From Deltaproteobacteria bacterium (lineage in GTDB: Bacteria > Bdellovibrionota_C > UBA2361 > SZUA-149 > JAITKM01), in contig JAITKM010000039.1 of NCBI GenBank assembly GCA_031278395.1, positions 3,372 to 67,371 on the forward strand: DNA of 64,000 nucleotides, read 5' to 3'. Below are positions 18,235 to 26,729 of this stretch, piece after piece. Under the pieces are notes generated by a model. It had not been told where the DNA came from and made no database searches. It saw only the letters and a program-made list of their open reading frames with translations. The position numbers and the translations under genes are program-made. Positions within the stretch are counted from its first letter, which is position 1. Every line of letters begins with the position of its first letter.

Positions 18235-19479
18235 ATGAAACGTATGTTTGTTTCGTTAATGTTTGTTTTGGCAACAGTTGTTTTGTCAACAACAATTACT
18301 TTTGCTAACGACGAGTATGGTGAAAAACTTATTAAGGAGCTTCAAACTATACGAGAAGACAAGTATGCCACAGGATTCACAGATATTCTAGTGGATCCAG
18401 CTATTGTTTTAATAGCAAGAGCTTATGCAGATAGTGTTGTTAGTGACAACATGTCTGCTAATCCAATTGCAACAGCACAAGTTATTGCGTCGTTGAGTGA
18501 ATTGGGGAATGGAACAACGGAAAGAGATTTATTAAATCTTTTAAAAATTGATCCGTTCAAGCTTCGAACTGTAAATTATTTAAAGTTCGAAGAAAAACTT
18601 AAAAGCAAGCTAGGTTCAGAAAACTATAAAACTTTTTCCGTGATGCTTTTAAAAAGTCCTTACAGTTTCCGCAAAGATATACCGGAAATCTTTAAAAAGA
18701 AGTATGGACTCCAAACCTATGCAAGTGACTTAAGTGAAGAAAACATAACGGAATTAAACCAAAAGATTAAAACAATTTCTGGTTTTAAGAACGTAGTTAG
18801 TTATTCACCTAACAACATTTTGTTGTCAGTATCAGCATCTGATACTATAGGTATTTGGCCAAACGAAATGACATATAGAAGAGGTAAATTTTTGGGACAA
18901 ACTGTCCCAGCAATAATTGGGAAAATTAACTCTTATAACACTGTACATTTAAATAAGCGTTATAAAGGGTATAAATTTGAACTAAAAAATTCAAATGCAT
19001 ACTTTTTTTTAGTTGATGATAAAGATCAATTAAAAAAACTTGCTTTTCATATTGCTGACAAAGGAGTTCTAGTATCGCCTCTTGACGATACGAAAAAAGG
19101 TCCTATTAATTTGGTGATTCCTGAAATCGACTCGCAAAAAAGCGAAATCAATTACAAAGAATTCGCTTTGAAAAATGGGCATTACAATCCGTTTATTACA
19201 ACTGCAGACTATTCAAAAGGAATAGTAGGAGGAACTGATGTTTATTGTTCAGATCTGAAAACCTTCGCTGATTTGCAAATCAGCGAAATGGGGATTAGAT
19301 TGAAACAAGTAACTTATGCAGCGCTAGGCAGCAAGGGACTAGGACCCAAAATAGAAAAATTACCTGAGATCAAAATTGATCGTCCGTTTTTGCTATTATT
19401 AGCAGACAAAGAATATGGCTGTTGTTTCACAATGGCATTCGTTTCAGAATTGCCAAAACAAGACGAAGAATCTGAGTAA
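18235..19479 (+). CDS. Secreted serpin-family protein
   Basis: Signal peptide MKRMFVSLMFVLATVVLSTTITFA; the C-terminal serpin signature fits IKIDRPFLLLL; GGAG RBS upstream. Confidence 0.85.
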   Translation: MKRMFVSLMFVLATVVLSTTITFANDEYGEKLIKELQTIREDKYATGFTDILVDPAIVLIARAYADSVVSDNMSANPIATAQVIASLSELGNGTTERDLLNLLKIDPFKLRTVNYLKFEEKLKSKLGSENYKTFSVMLLKSPYSFRKDIPEIFKKKYGLQTYASDLSEENITELNQKIKTISGFKNVVSYSPNNILLSVSASDTIGIWPNEMTYRRGKFLGQTVPAIIGKINSYNTVHLNKRYKGYKFELKNSNAYFFLVDDKDQLKKLAFHIADKGVLVSPLDDTKKGPINLVIPEIDSQKSEINYKEFALKNGHYNPFITTADYSKGIVGGTDVYCSDLKTFADLQISEMGIRLKQVTYAALGSKGLGPKIEKLPEIKIDRPFLLLLADKEYGCCFTMAFVSELPKQDEESE

Positions 19480-19524
19480 TAACCACGTAAGACCAATCAT
19501 AAAAGTGAATGGTTTTTATAACAA

Positions 19525-19576
19525 ACAAAGGGGTGCTAGGTTTTTCTGGTTTTGATAAACACTGGCACCTCTTTGT
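19525..19576. terminator. Bidirectional terminator-like hairpin between the convergent serpin and ruvX genes
   Basis: ACAAAGGGGTGC ... GCACCTCTTTGT (12 bp, one G.U, 28-nt loop) followed by CATTTTTTTATTT. Confidence 0.45.
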
Positions 19577-19583
19577 CATTTTT

Positions 19584-20006
19584 TTATTTAATACTGTTTA
19601 AATATGAATCTAAAATAATGGCAGCGCTGATTTTATCGAGCACTGCGCTTTTATCTTTATTTTTAAGCCTTGTGCCGATAACTATTTTTTCAGCCTGATT
19701 GGTCGTAAAGCGTTCGTCCCACAAAATTAACTCTATCTTTTGGTCGTTAATTTCGTTCTTTAAAAAAACTTTTAATCTTTTGCTAAGTTGCATAATTTTT
19801 TTAGCATGTTCCCCGACTTTTCCATTTAATTCTTTGGGTAATCCAATAACAATTTGGACAACTCCCTTTTGCAAAACTAAGTTTTTAATGTGGACAAATA
19901 ATTCCTTTAATGTTTTATGTTCAACCGTCATGAGAGGCTGTGCTGTTATTCCTAGCGCATCTGTGATTGCTACACCTGTTCTAGCTGCACCAATGTCAAG
20001 TGACAT
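19584..20006 (-). CDS. ruvX: Holliday junction resolvase-like / pre-16S rRNA nuclease RuvX (YqgF)
   Basis: MSLDIGAARTGVAITD start motif and WDERFTT; start moved to the internal ATG at 20006. Confidence 0.85.
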   Translation of the reverse strand: MSLDIGAARTGVAITDALGITAQPLMTVEHKTLKELFVHIKNLVLQKGVVQIVIGLPKELNGKVGEHAKKIMQLSKRLKVFLKNEINDQKIELILWDERFTTNQAEKIVIGTRLKNKDKSAVLDKISAAIILDSYLNSIK

Positions 20007-20068
20007 AATTTTTGGATTATTTGGTTTGATCATAAATTGAAAAGCGTCATACACAAGTAGCATTGAAA

Positions 20069-21649
20069 ATGCAAAGAAATACTAAAGAGAAATACCAGCG
20101 TTCGCGCAATTTGCAGTTTAAAAACTGGGACTACGATTCTATGCCCCCGCCCCTGTTTTATCGTAAGCCGCCTAAGTCTTTTTTGCCCGGAAAAAAGACT
20201 GCTCAAAGTTATCTTTTGGCTAAAATTATTAAAGAATTTGCAGCTGCTGTTAGTGATTTATTTTATTTTATTCTAATCTTTTGCTTCAAATCCAAAATTT
20301 TTTTAGCCGTAATTATTATTTTTATTGTTAGTGCTTCTTATTTTTATTTTAGTCCAGACAAAACCAGACAAATGGCTTTAGAAGAAAGTAATGTGCTGTT
20401 AAACTTAACGAATTCTATCGAAATTCCTACGCTCAAACCCCAACAACCAACTAGCGCGGCAGTCTTTGCTGGCAAGGGCGATACCTTAAATTCTATTTTA
20501 AAAAAATTCGGCATTCCTAATAAAGAAATAGCCAATATTCAAAAGGCTTCCACTAAAGCCCATATCCAAACTAAAAAACAACTTAAGACAGTTAAGGAAA
20601 AAGGCAAAATGATAACTAAAGAGATAGAAGTTGAAGTCCCAATTAAGACCGCAAATGTCAAAGCTCCGATTAAATTAGGGATTTCGATTGGCGATCTCAT
20701 TGAGTTAAACTTAACTAATTCAGAACTGGATTTGTCGTTCCATAATAAAGACGGTTTAATTACAGTTCGCAGAAATAGTAATCAGCAATATTTAGTTGAA
20801 AAAGTAGCGGTCTCCAGAGTAGCTAAAGAAGTTATTGCCCAAGGACAAATTATTACTAACTTTACCGATGCAGCTAAGCAGGTTGGCTTAACCAATGCCA
20901 CAATTGATAATTTAGTTGATCTGTTTAGCACGCGCATTAACTTTTCTAAAGGCTTGCAGTATGGCGATAAGTTCACTGTAATTGTTAGTTCTAGTCAGCT
21001 TGAAGACGGACGAGTGTTGCGTGAAAATGATATCTTAGCGGCAGCTATCAGCTCGAATGGTAAAGATTATATGGCAATTCGTTATGTGGGGACTGATGGT
21101 AAAATTCGTTATTTCGACGAAAATGGATCGATCATAGGTAATTACTTTTTAAGATATCCAGTTAAGTTTTCGCGAATTTCAAGTTCTGTTTCAGATGCTA
21201 GGTTTCATCCAGTTTTAAAAATTAAACGTCCACATAAAGGTGTGGACTTTGCCGCGCCAATTGGAACTCCCGTGCGAGCTTCGGGTAATGGCACAATTAA
21301 AAGTGCTGGACGCGATAAAAGTCGTGGAATTTATGTAGAGATTTACCATAATAAACGCTATCAAACAAAATACTTCCATTTATCAAAAATTGCTAAAGGA
21401 ATTAAAAACGGAATACGAATTAAAAGAGGAGAAATTATTGGAGCGGTTGGCAGTACTGGGCTTTCCACGGGACCACATTTACATTATGAATTTTGGGATA
21501 ATGGTCGCTATGTAAATCCATTAAAAATCAAACTGCCAACTTTAGACGGCGTTGAGCGCGATAATAAGATTGATGCTAGCTACTTCAATAAAGTAGTTTT
21601 TACCTTAGATAATTATCAAAGTTTTAAAGATTTAACGCTTAATTATTAG
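20069..21649 (+). CDS. Membrane-anchored M23 family metallopeptidase with a LysM/OapA-like segment
   Basis: HKGVDFAAPIGTPV ... GSTGLSTGPHLHYEF; GDTLNSILKKFGIPNKEIANI. Confidence 0.85.
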   Translation: MQRNTKEKYQRSRNLQFKNWDYDSMPPPLFYRKPPKSFLPGKKTAQSYLLAKIIKEFAAAVSDLFYFILIFCFKSKIFLAVIIIFIVSASYFYFSPDKTRQMALEESNVLLNLTNSIEIPTLKPQQPTSAAVFAGKGDTLNSILKKFGIPNKEIANIQKASTKAHIQTKKQLKTVKEKGKMITKEIEVEVPIKTANVKAPIKLGISIGDLIELNLTNSELDLSFHNKDGLITVRRNSNQQYLVEKVAVSRVAKEVIAQGQIITNFTDAAKQVGLTNATIDNLVDLFSTRINFSKGLQYGDKFTVIVSSSQLEDGRVLRENDILAAAISSNGKDYMAIRYVGTDGKIRYFDENGSIIGNYFLRYPVKFSRISSSVSDARFHPVLKIKRPHKGVDFAAPIGTPVRASGNGTIKSAGRDKSRGIYVEIYHNKRYQTKYFHLSKIAKGIKNGIRIKRGEIIGAVGSTGLSTGPHLHYEFWDNGRYVNPLKIKLPTLDGVERDNKIDASYFNKVVFTLDNYQSFKDLTLNY

Positions 21650-21736
21650 ATTTTTTAATAAATTTACCTCCAGGCTTTTTTTGTTTGCGGAGCAAAAAAT
21701 GCAGGGGTGGTAGATTCCTAAAAAAAGATTTACCCA

Positions 21737-22882
21737 ATGTTGCTAACTAAATATTTTCAAACTTCCGCACCGCTTATCCCAGTCTGTCCATATTTTTCTC
21801 AATGTGGCGGCTGCGCTTTGCAGAATCTGTCTTATCTCGAACAACTACAAAGCAAGTTGGCAATGCTCAAAAATGAAATGCAGTTGAGCGGCATTCAAGA
21901 CAGCCTAATCAATTTAGTTGAGAACGTGATTGCTGGTTCAGATTATCATTACCGCAAAAGAATTGCGCTCCAGACCAATAGCCGTGGCGAAACAGGTTTT
22001 TACCAGAGAAGAAGTAACACGCTGATTAATCTTCAAAGTTGTCCAGTTTGTTCACCGGCGCTCGAAAAAAAAATTGCTGATACGAAAAAGTTAGTCCAAG
22101 AATTTCCAGAAATTAAGCAGGTTCTACTAGAAGAAGGAATTAATGGAGTGTTTTGTGTTTTAAAATTAGAAAAAGCAGGCAATTCTTCAGAAACTTCTTT
22201 TTACCAAGAGTTACTAGCTTTGGCTAAAAAGTCATTTAACAATGTGTTGATTCTTGAAAACAACAGAACAGTTTTAAAAGATTTTTCAGCTGATTTACAG
22301 ATCCCATTAAATCACGAGCAGAGTCTGTTATTAACTCTTCCGGCTGGCTCATTTTCACAAATTAATTGGCAGGTAAATCAGCAATTAATTCAAACTGTTT
22401 TAGCGGAAAGTTTGCAGCTGGCTAAATCGCGTGGAGGGCAACGAAAGTTACGAATTCTTGATCTTTATTCTGGTGCTGGAAATTTTTCTTTACCTTTAGC
22501 TCAAGCCGGCTGTCAGGTTACTGGAGTTGAGTGTAATGGGGAGCTGATTCGTCTGGGACGGGAAAATGCTAAAAAATATGGTTTAGAAAAAAACTTAAAA
22601 TTTATTTCTAGTTCTGTTGAGCAATTTTTAACTAGTGGTCGAATCAGATGTTCTGAACAATTTGATCTAATTTTGTTTGACCCGCCGCGGAGTGGACTGG
22701 AAAAAATTATCAGTTTCCTGCCGCCAGCTAAAAAACTGATTTTGATTTCTTGTTATCTTCCAAGTTTTTTAAAAGATCTAAAAAATCTTTATAAATATGG
22801 TTGGAATGTCAAACGGATTGCCCCTTTTGATATGTTTGCCCAAACTCTGTATTTGGAAGTGTTGTCAACATATACACGATGA
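21737..22882 (+). CDS. RumA/TrmA-family RNA (uracil-C5)-methyltransferase with an Fe-S Cys cluster
   Basis: CPYFSQCGGCALQ, second Cys pair CPVC, SAM motif LDLYSGAGNFSL, FDPPRSGL. Confidence 0.8.
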   Translation: MLLTKYFQTSAPLIPVCPYFSQCGGCALQNLSYLEQLQSKLAMLKNEMQLSGIQDSLINLVENVIAGSDYHYRKRIALQTNSRGETGFYQRRSNTLINLQSCPVCSPALEKKIADTKKLVQEFPEIKQVLLEEGINGVFCVLKLEKAGNSSETSFYQELLALAKKSFNNVLILENNRTVLKDFSADLQIPLNHEQSLLLTLPAGSFSQINWQVNQQLIQTVLAESLQLAKSRGGQRKLRILDLYSGAGNFSLPLAQAGCQVTGVECNGELIRLGRENAKKYGLEKNLKFISSSVEQFLTSGRIRCSEQFDLILFDPPRSGLEKIISFLPPAKKLILISCYLPSFLKDLKNLYKYGWNVKRIAPFDMFAQTLYLEVLSTYTR

Positions 22883-23105
22883 ATATAGTTGATAGTATAT
22901 CAGTATAATTTTCCTAATTTTTTTCTCCAATGGCGGAGTTAGAATATTGCCATGTAATTTTCTATTAAAATTAATTAAATAATTAAAAATAATTACTTGT
23001 TTAAATGTCTTTAAGTTGCTAGGTGAGTCAATAAAAAAACTCTGGAGTTGGGGGAATGTAAAAGCAGTTAAAGAATAAAATTTATTATTATATATTTATA
23101 GGTAT

Positions 23106-25841
23106 ATGGGAATCTCAGTTTGCGCCGATAATATAGACTCCAAGCAGGAAAGAAAGTTTAATCCTAAACAACATTACCGCATTAATAGCGAGCTGTTGCA
23201 TGCTTTATATTGCGATTGTGAAGAAATTTTAGATAGCGAATATATAGAGCGAGATGCCTCAAAAAATAGTTTCCCAAATGCGCAAGCCATGTCTGTAAGT
23301 AATGAATTAGCTCCTCTTACGTCAGGTTCATTAGGGGGGGTATTAGGCGAAGTTGAGCATGTTGTTACTAAAGCTGAACGTCTTGCCAGCACCCTACAAA
23401 CCGCTGCACATAAACAAATTTGGCAAATTGTCGAAAAAAATATTTTAACCCTAGAGCAGTGTTTTAAATTTGAAGATCATGGACATGTAGATGTTACGAA
23501 GGATACAGCTACTTATTACATTAACTTTTTTATTAATGAAGAGACCTTAAATTTAACTAAGTTTTTTGTGCGCTGGGGATGTTATGATGACGTCGCTGAA
23601 AACTGGGAAGATTTAGAAGTGCGTCATCACGAAATTATCAAAATTAAAGAAGGACATTTTTATATTAAAAAAGTTTTTCCGCTGCTGCGTCGCGGCTGGT
23701 ATGGCGCAACTTGTTATGCTCAAGATATTCGTAGCGCTAAGCAAATTTGGCAAGGTATAGGTTATCATCACGATGCTAAATTTAGAATTGATTGCGACAG
23801 TGAACGTCTTTGTAAATATATGCTAAGTGCTCGTAGCGAATATCTTCGACAAGTTAGTGAATCACTCTTAACTAAAATTAAAGACTATCAGCATTTTGTC
23901 GAGGGACTTGAGGAATATTCTAAAGGCGATAATGGTAAGTATTTATCTGAAGTTTTATACACAGCAACTAATCACAATGAAACTTTAAGAAATTTTATCT
24001 CAGCTCATTTTAAAACTGCTCAAGATAAAGTATCCTCATTAATCGAGGGTAGTGAAGAATATTTAAAATCTAAATTTGTTTATCAAACCCTAAATAATAT
24101 TGGCGTTGGTGAGGTTGTGTTAGTTTCGCCTGAAGGTCCGCAGGCAACTTTTGGCGGTATTGCCCAGGTTATCGAAGGCTGGCTCAAGGCCTTTCCAGAA
24201 CATGGAATTCCAGTAACTCTAATTAGTCTACTCTATGAGCAGGCGCAGGGTAATAAGCATGGAGATGCTTTTGCAACCTTAAGAAACGGCATTAATATTT
24301 GTGGCAAAAATACTAAGCTCAAATATTGTGGCGAGGTAGATATTCCGTTTGGTCCGACTACGCGACCTAATGGTGGGCAGTGGGTGCAGGGGGCATATAA
24401 TGTGCGGGCTAATGTGTATATGGCAGAGTGTGGAAATGTGCGGGTCTTTTTGTTAAGGCATGCACGTTATGCTGATCGCCTTTATCCGCATTTAATGGGC
24501 GATGAGCATTTACGGCGGGTGATTTTCTTGGGACGTGGCGCATTAGAAATAATGAAAAATCCAGCTTTTGGTATTCGTCCGCAATTAATTATTTCCAATG
24601 ATTGGATTAGCGCTTTAGTTCCAGTTTTACATAAATTAGATTGGCGTTATAACGGAGCTGAAAATTTAAAAAAATGTAAAACAATTCATCTAGTGCATAA
24701 CGCAGGTAAAGACTATCAAGGGCGTTTTGCTAATAATCACAATAATCAAAATTTATATTCGATGCTTGAGCTAGACCACGCGCATTGGGATGGCTTAATG
24801 GATCCGCGGCAGAAGAATATGTTTAATATTACCTCGGCTGCGCTACTGCATTTAAATGGTGCAATTGTGGCGGTAAGCCGCACATATGCCAAGGAACTGC
24901 TAACTAAAGAGGGAGCGGATGGTTTGGAAGGTTTAATGTGGAAGCAGAAGGATGGGTTGTTTGGAATTAGTAATGGGATAGACCAGGTTAAGCAGAGAAA
25001 AACAGTGTTGCGGGTTGGTGAAGGGGCTAGGCAGGATTTAGGATGGGGGCGAACTTGTCCGGAGCATGACGAAGATTTAAGTAGTTTTTTTGATAAATTA
25101 TTAGGTTATAAGGCGGCTGCAAAACTTCGTTTGCAAAGGAATTTTGGGTTACATCAGGGTGAGGATAAAGTTATTTTAACGCTAGTTGGGCGGCTGGCTG
25201 AGCAAAAAGGAATTTCGCTTTTGATGGGCAATGCAGCGGGTGATGGTTGTAGTGTGCTGGAGTTAATTTTGAGAAAATATCCTGAAACGCAGTTTGTAAT
25301 TGCAGGTCCAAGAGTGGACGGCGATAATTTATCGGAGCGTTTTTGTGGATTACTGGCGCATCTCAGTCGTTGTTTTAGCGGTAGGGTGTTGGGTATCACG
25401 GAATTTGTGCCGCATGATTTTGCCATGGAAATTTTTACAGCTGGAGATTGGACATTAATGCCGTCGAGGTTTGAGCCGTGTGGTTTGTCACAGTTGCATG
25501 CTTTATTGGCAGGTAGTTTAGTCATTGCCCGCAATGTTGGAGGGCTTTCTGCGACGCTGGAAAGGTTTGATGATGCGCATGGGCAAGGCAATGGTTTTAT
25601 GTTTGACGAATATTCAAGCACTGCTCTTAGAAATACAATGTGTTGGGCTTTAGATAGAACAAGAGATGTAAATTTTAGAAAACAGTTAATGTTGGCAGCA
25701 GCCAAAGCTCAGCATGATTGGTCGCATCGTATACCGCAATATGTCTCAGTTTTTCAGCATATCTTAGGCGTTCTGGGCGGCGATTCATATCTACATTTGC
25801 AACACCACCGCGATATAATTTCCAATCAGGTCGGAGTATAG
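23106..25841 (+). CDS. Glycogen/starch synthase-like GT5 glycosyltransferase with a ~330-aa N-terminal extension
   Basis: GT5 core from ~24108: VLVSPEGPQATFGGIAQV ... MPSRFEPCGLSQLHALLAGSLVIARNVGGLSATL. N-terminal third unassigned; no obvious RBS at 23106. Confidence 0.75.
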   Translation: MGISVCADNIDSKQERKFNPKQHYRINSELLHALYCDCEEILDSEYIERDASKNSFPNAQAMSVSNELAPLTSGSLGGVLGEVEHVVTKAERLASTLQTAAHKQIWQIVEKNILTLEQCFKFEDHGHVDVTKDTATYYINFFINEETLNLTKFFVRWGCYDDVAENWEDLEVRHHEIIKIKEGHFYIKKVFPLLRRGWYGATCYAQDIRSAKQIWQGIGYHHDAKFRIDCDSERLCKYMLSARSEYLRQVSESLLTKIKDYQHFVEGLEEYSKGDNGKYLSEVLYTATNHNETLRNFISAHFKTAQDKVSSLIEGSEEYLKSKFVYQTLNNIGVGEVVLVSPEGPQATFGGIAQVIEGWLKAFPEHGIPVTLISLLYEQAQGNKHGDAFATLRNGINICGKNTKLKYCGEVDIPFGPTTRPNGGQWVQGAYNVRANVYMAECGNVRVFLLRHARYADRLYPHLMGDEHLRRVIFLGRGALEIMKNPAFGIRPQLIISNDWISALVPVLHKLDWRYNGAENLKKCKTIHLVHNAGKDYQGRFANNHNNQNLYSMLELDHAHWDGLMDPRQKNMFNITSAALLHLNGAIVAVSRTYAKELLTKEGADGLEGLMWKQKDGLFGISNGIDQVKQRKTVLRVGEGARQDLGWGRTCPEHDEDLSSFFDKLLGYKAAAKLRLQRNFGLHQGEDKVILTLVGRLAEQKGISLLMGNAAGDGCSVLELILRKYPETQFVIAGPRVDGDNLSERFCGLLAHLSRCFSGRVLGITEFVPHDFAMEIFTAGDWTLMPSRFEPCGLSQLHALLAGSLVIARNVGGLSATLERFDDAHGQGNGFMFDEYSSTALRNTMCWALDRTRDVNFRKQLMLAAAKAQHDWSHRIPQYVSVFQHILGVLGGDSYLHLQHHRDIISNQVGV

Positions 25842-25919
25842 AGTTGTTAAAACATGCCTTAATCTCATCAAGCATTTTTCAGATTTTGGCAAGACCAACC
25901 TAAAATATTAACATTCACC

Positions 25920-26594
25920 TCAAAGAGAGGGAGAGGGGGGGCATTTTAATTTTTTAATCTGTGCCGCATAATCCGTAGCTTTAAAAATAAAACTGCCCGC
26001 AACCAGTATATCCGCTCCTAAGCTAAGCGCACGCTGGGCAGTTTGTTCATTAATGCCGCCGTCAACTTCTAATAATGGACGCTGGGGGCAGGTTTCAATT
26101 ATTTGGCGAACTTGGACAATTTTTTCTTCCACACTACTAATAAATTTTTGTCCGCTCCAGCCCGGATTAACAGACATCACGAGAACTGTATCAACTAAAG
26201 GTATAATCTCGGAAATTGCAGCTACTGGTGTAGCCGGATTCAAAGAAATACCAGCCTTTTTGCCTAAATTATGAATAGCTTGAATTAAAGTTTGAGGATT
26301 TGGATTGTTTTCAATATGAATCGTTATATTGTCTGCTCCAGCTTTGGCAAAAGCTTCAATTTGTCGCTCTGGGTTGTTAATCATTAAATGCACATCCAGC
26401 GCCAAAGTAGTAAGCCGGCTAACTGCCGCAACCACACAATCACCAAAAGTAATTGGCGGGACAAATTGCCCATCCATCACATCCAGATGCACAAAATCCG
26501 CCCCAGCTAGCTCTATTTTTTTTATTTCTATATCTAATTTGCTAAAATCTGCGGCTAAAATTGAGGGGGCAATTAGAATTTTTTGGTTAGTCAT
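25920..26594 (-). CDS. rpe: Ribulose-phosphate 3-epimerase
   Basis: IAPSILAADFSKL, HLDVMDGQFVP, MSVNPGWSGQKF, EVDGGI. Confidence 0.92.
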   Translation of the reverse strand: MTNQKILIAPSILAADFSKLDIEIKKIELAGADFVHLDVMDGQFVPPITFGDCVVAAVSRLTTLALDVHLMINNPERQIEAFAKAGADNITIHIENNPNPQTLIQAIHNLGKKAGISLNPATPVAAISEIIPLVDTVLVMSVNPGWSGQKFISSVEEKIVQVRQIIETCPQRPLLEVDGGINEQTAQRALSLGADILVAGSFIFKATDYAAQIKKLKCPPSPSL

Positions 26595-26729
26595 AATGCT
26601 GGTGATTAAATTTATATATTGTCGTAATTGCTTAAATTACGTAAAGACAAGCTCTAATTTATGCAACAACATCCTTGTCACAAATAACGAACGCTGTAGC
26701 GACATTTATGAATTATAACTTAAATTAAT

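Noticed and set aside
25154-25705. 183-aa ORF antisense to the glgA-like gene
   Set aside because: It is the shadow frame of a conserved GT5 catalytic domain. The same reasoning applies to 45940-46395 (opposite pheT), 1412-1789 (opposite rpoD), 764-1144 (opposite parB), 8488-8916, 19699-20040 and 44361-44666.
26329-26718. 129-aa ORF overlapping the rpe 5' end on the opposite strand and running into the divergent promoter region
   Set aside because: It is mostly antisense to conserved rpe codons, and it has no RBS or motif.
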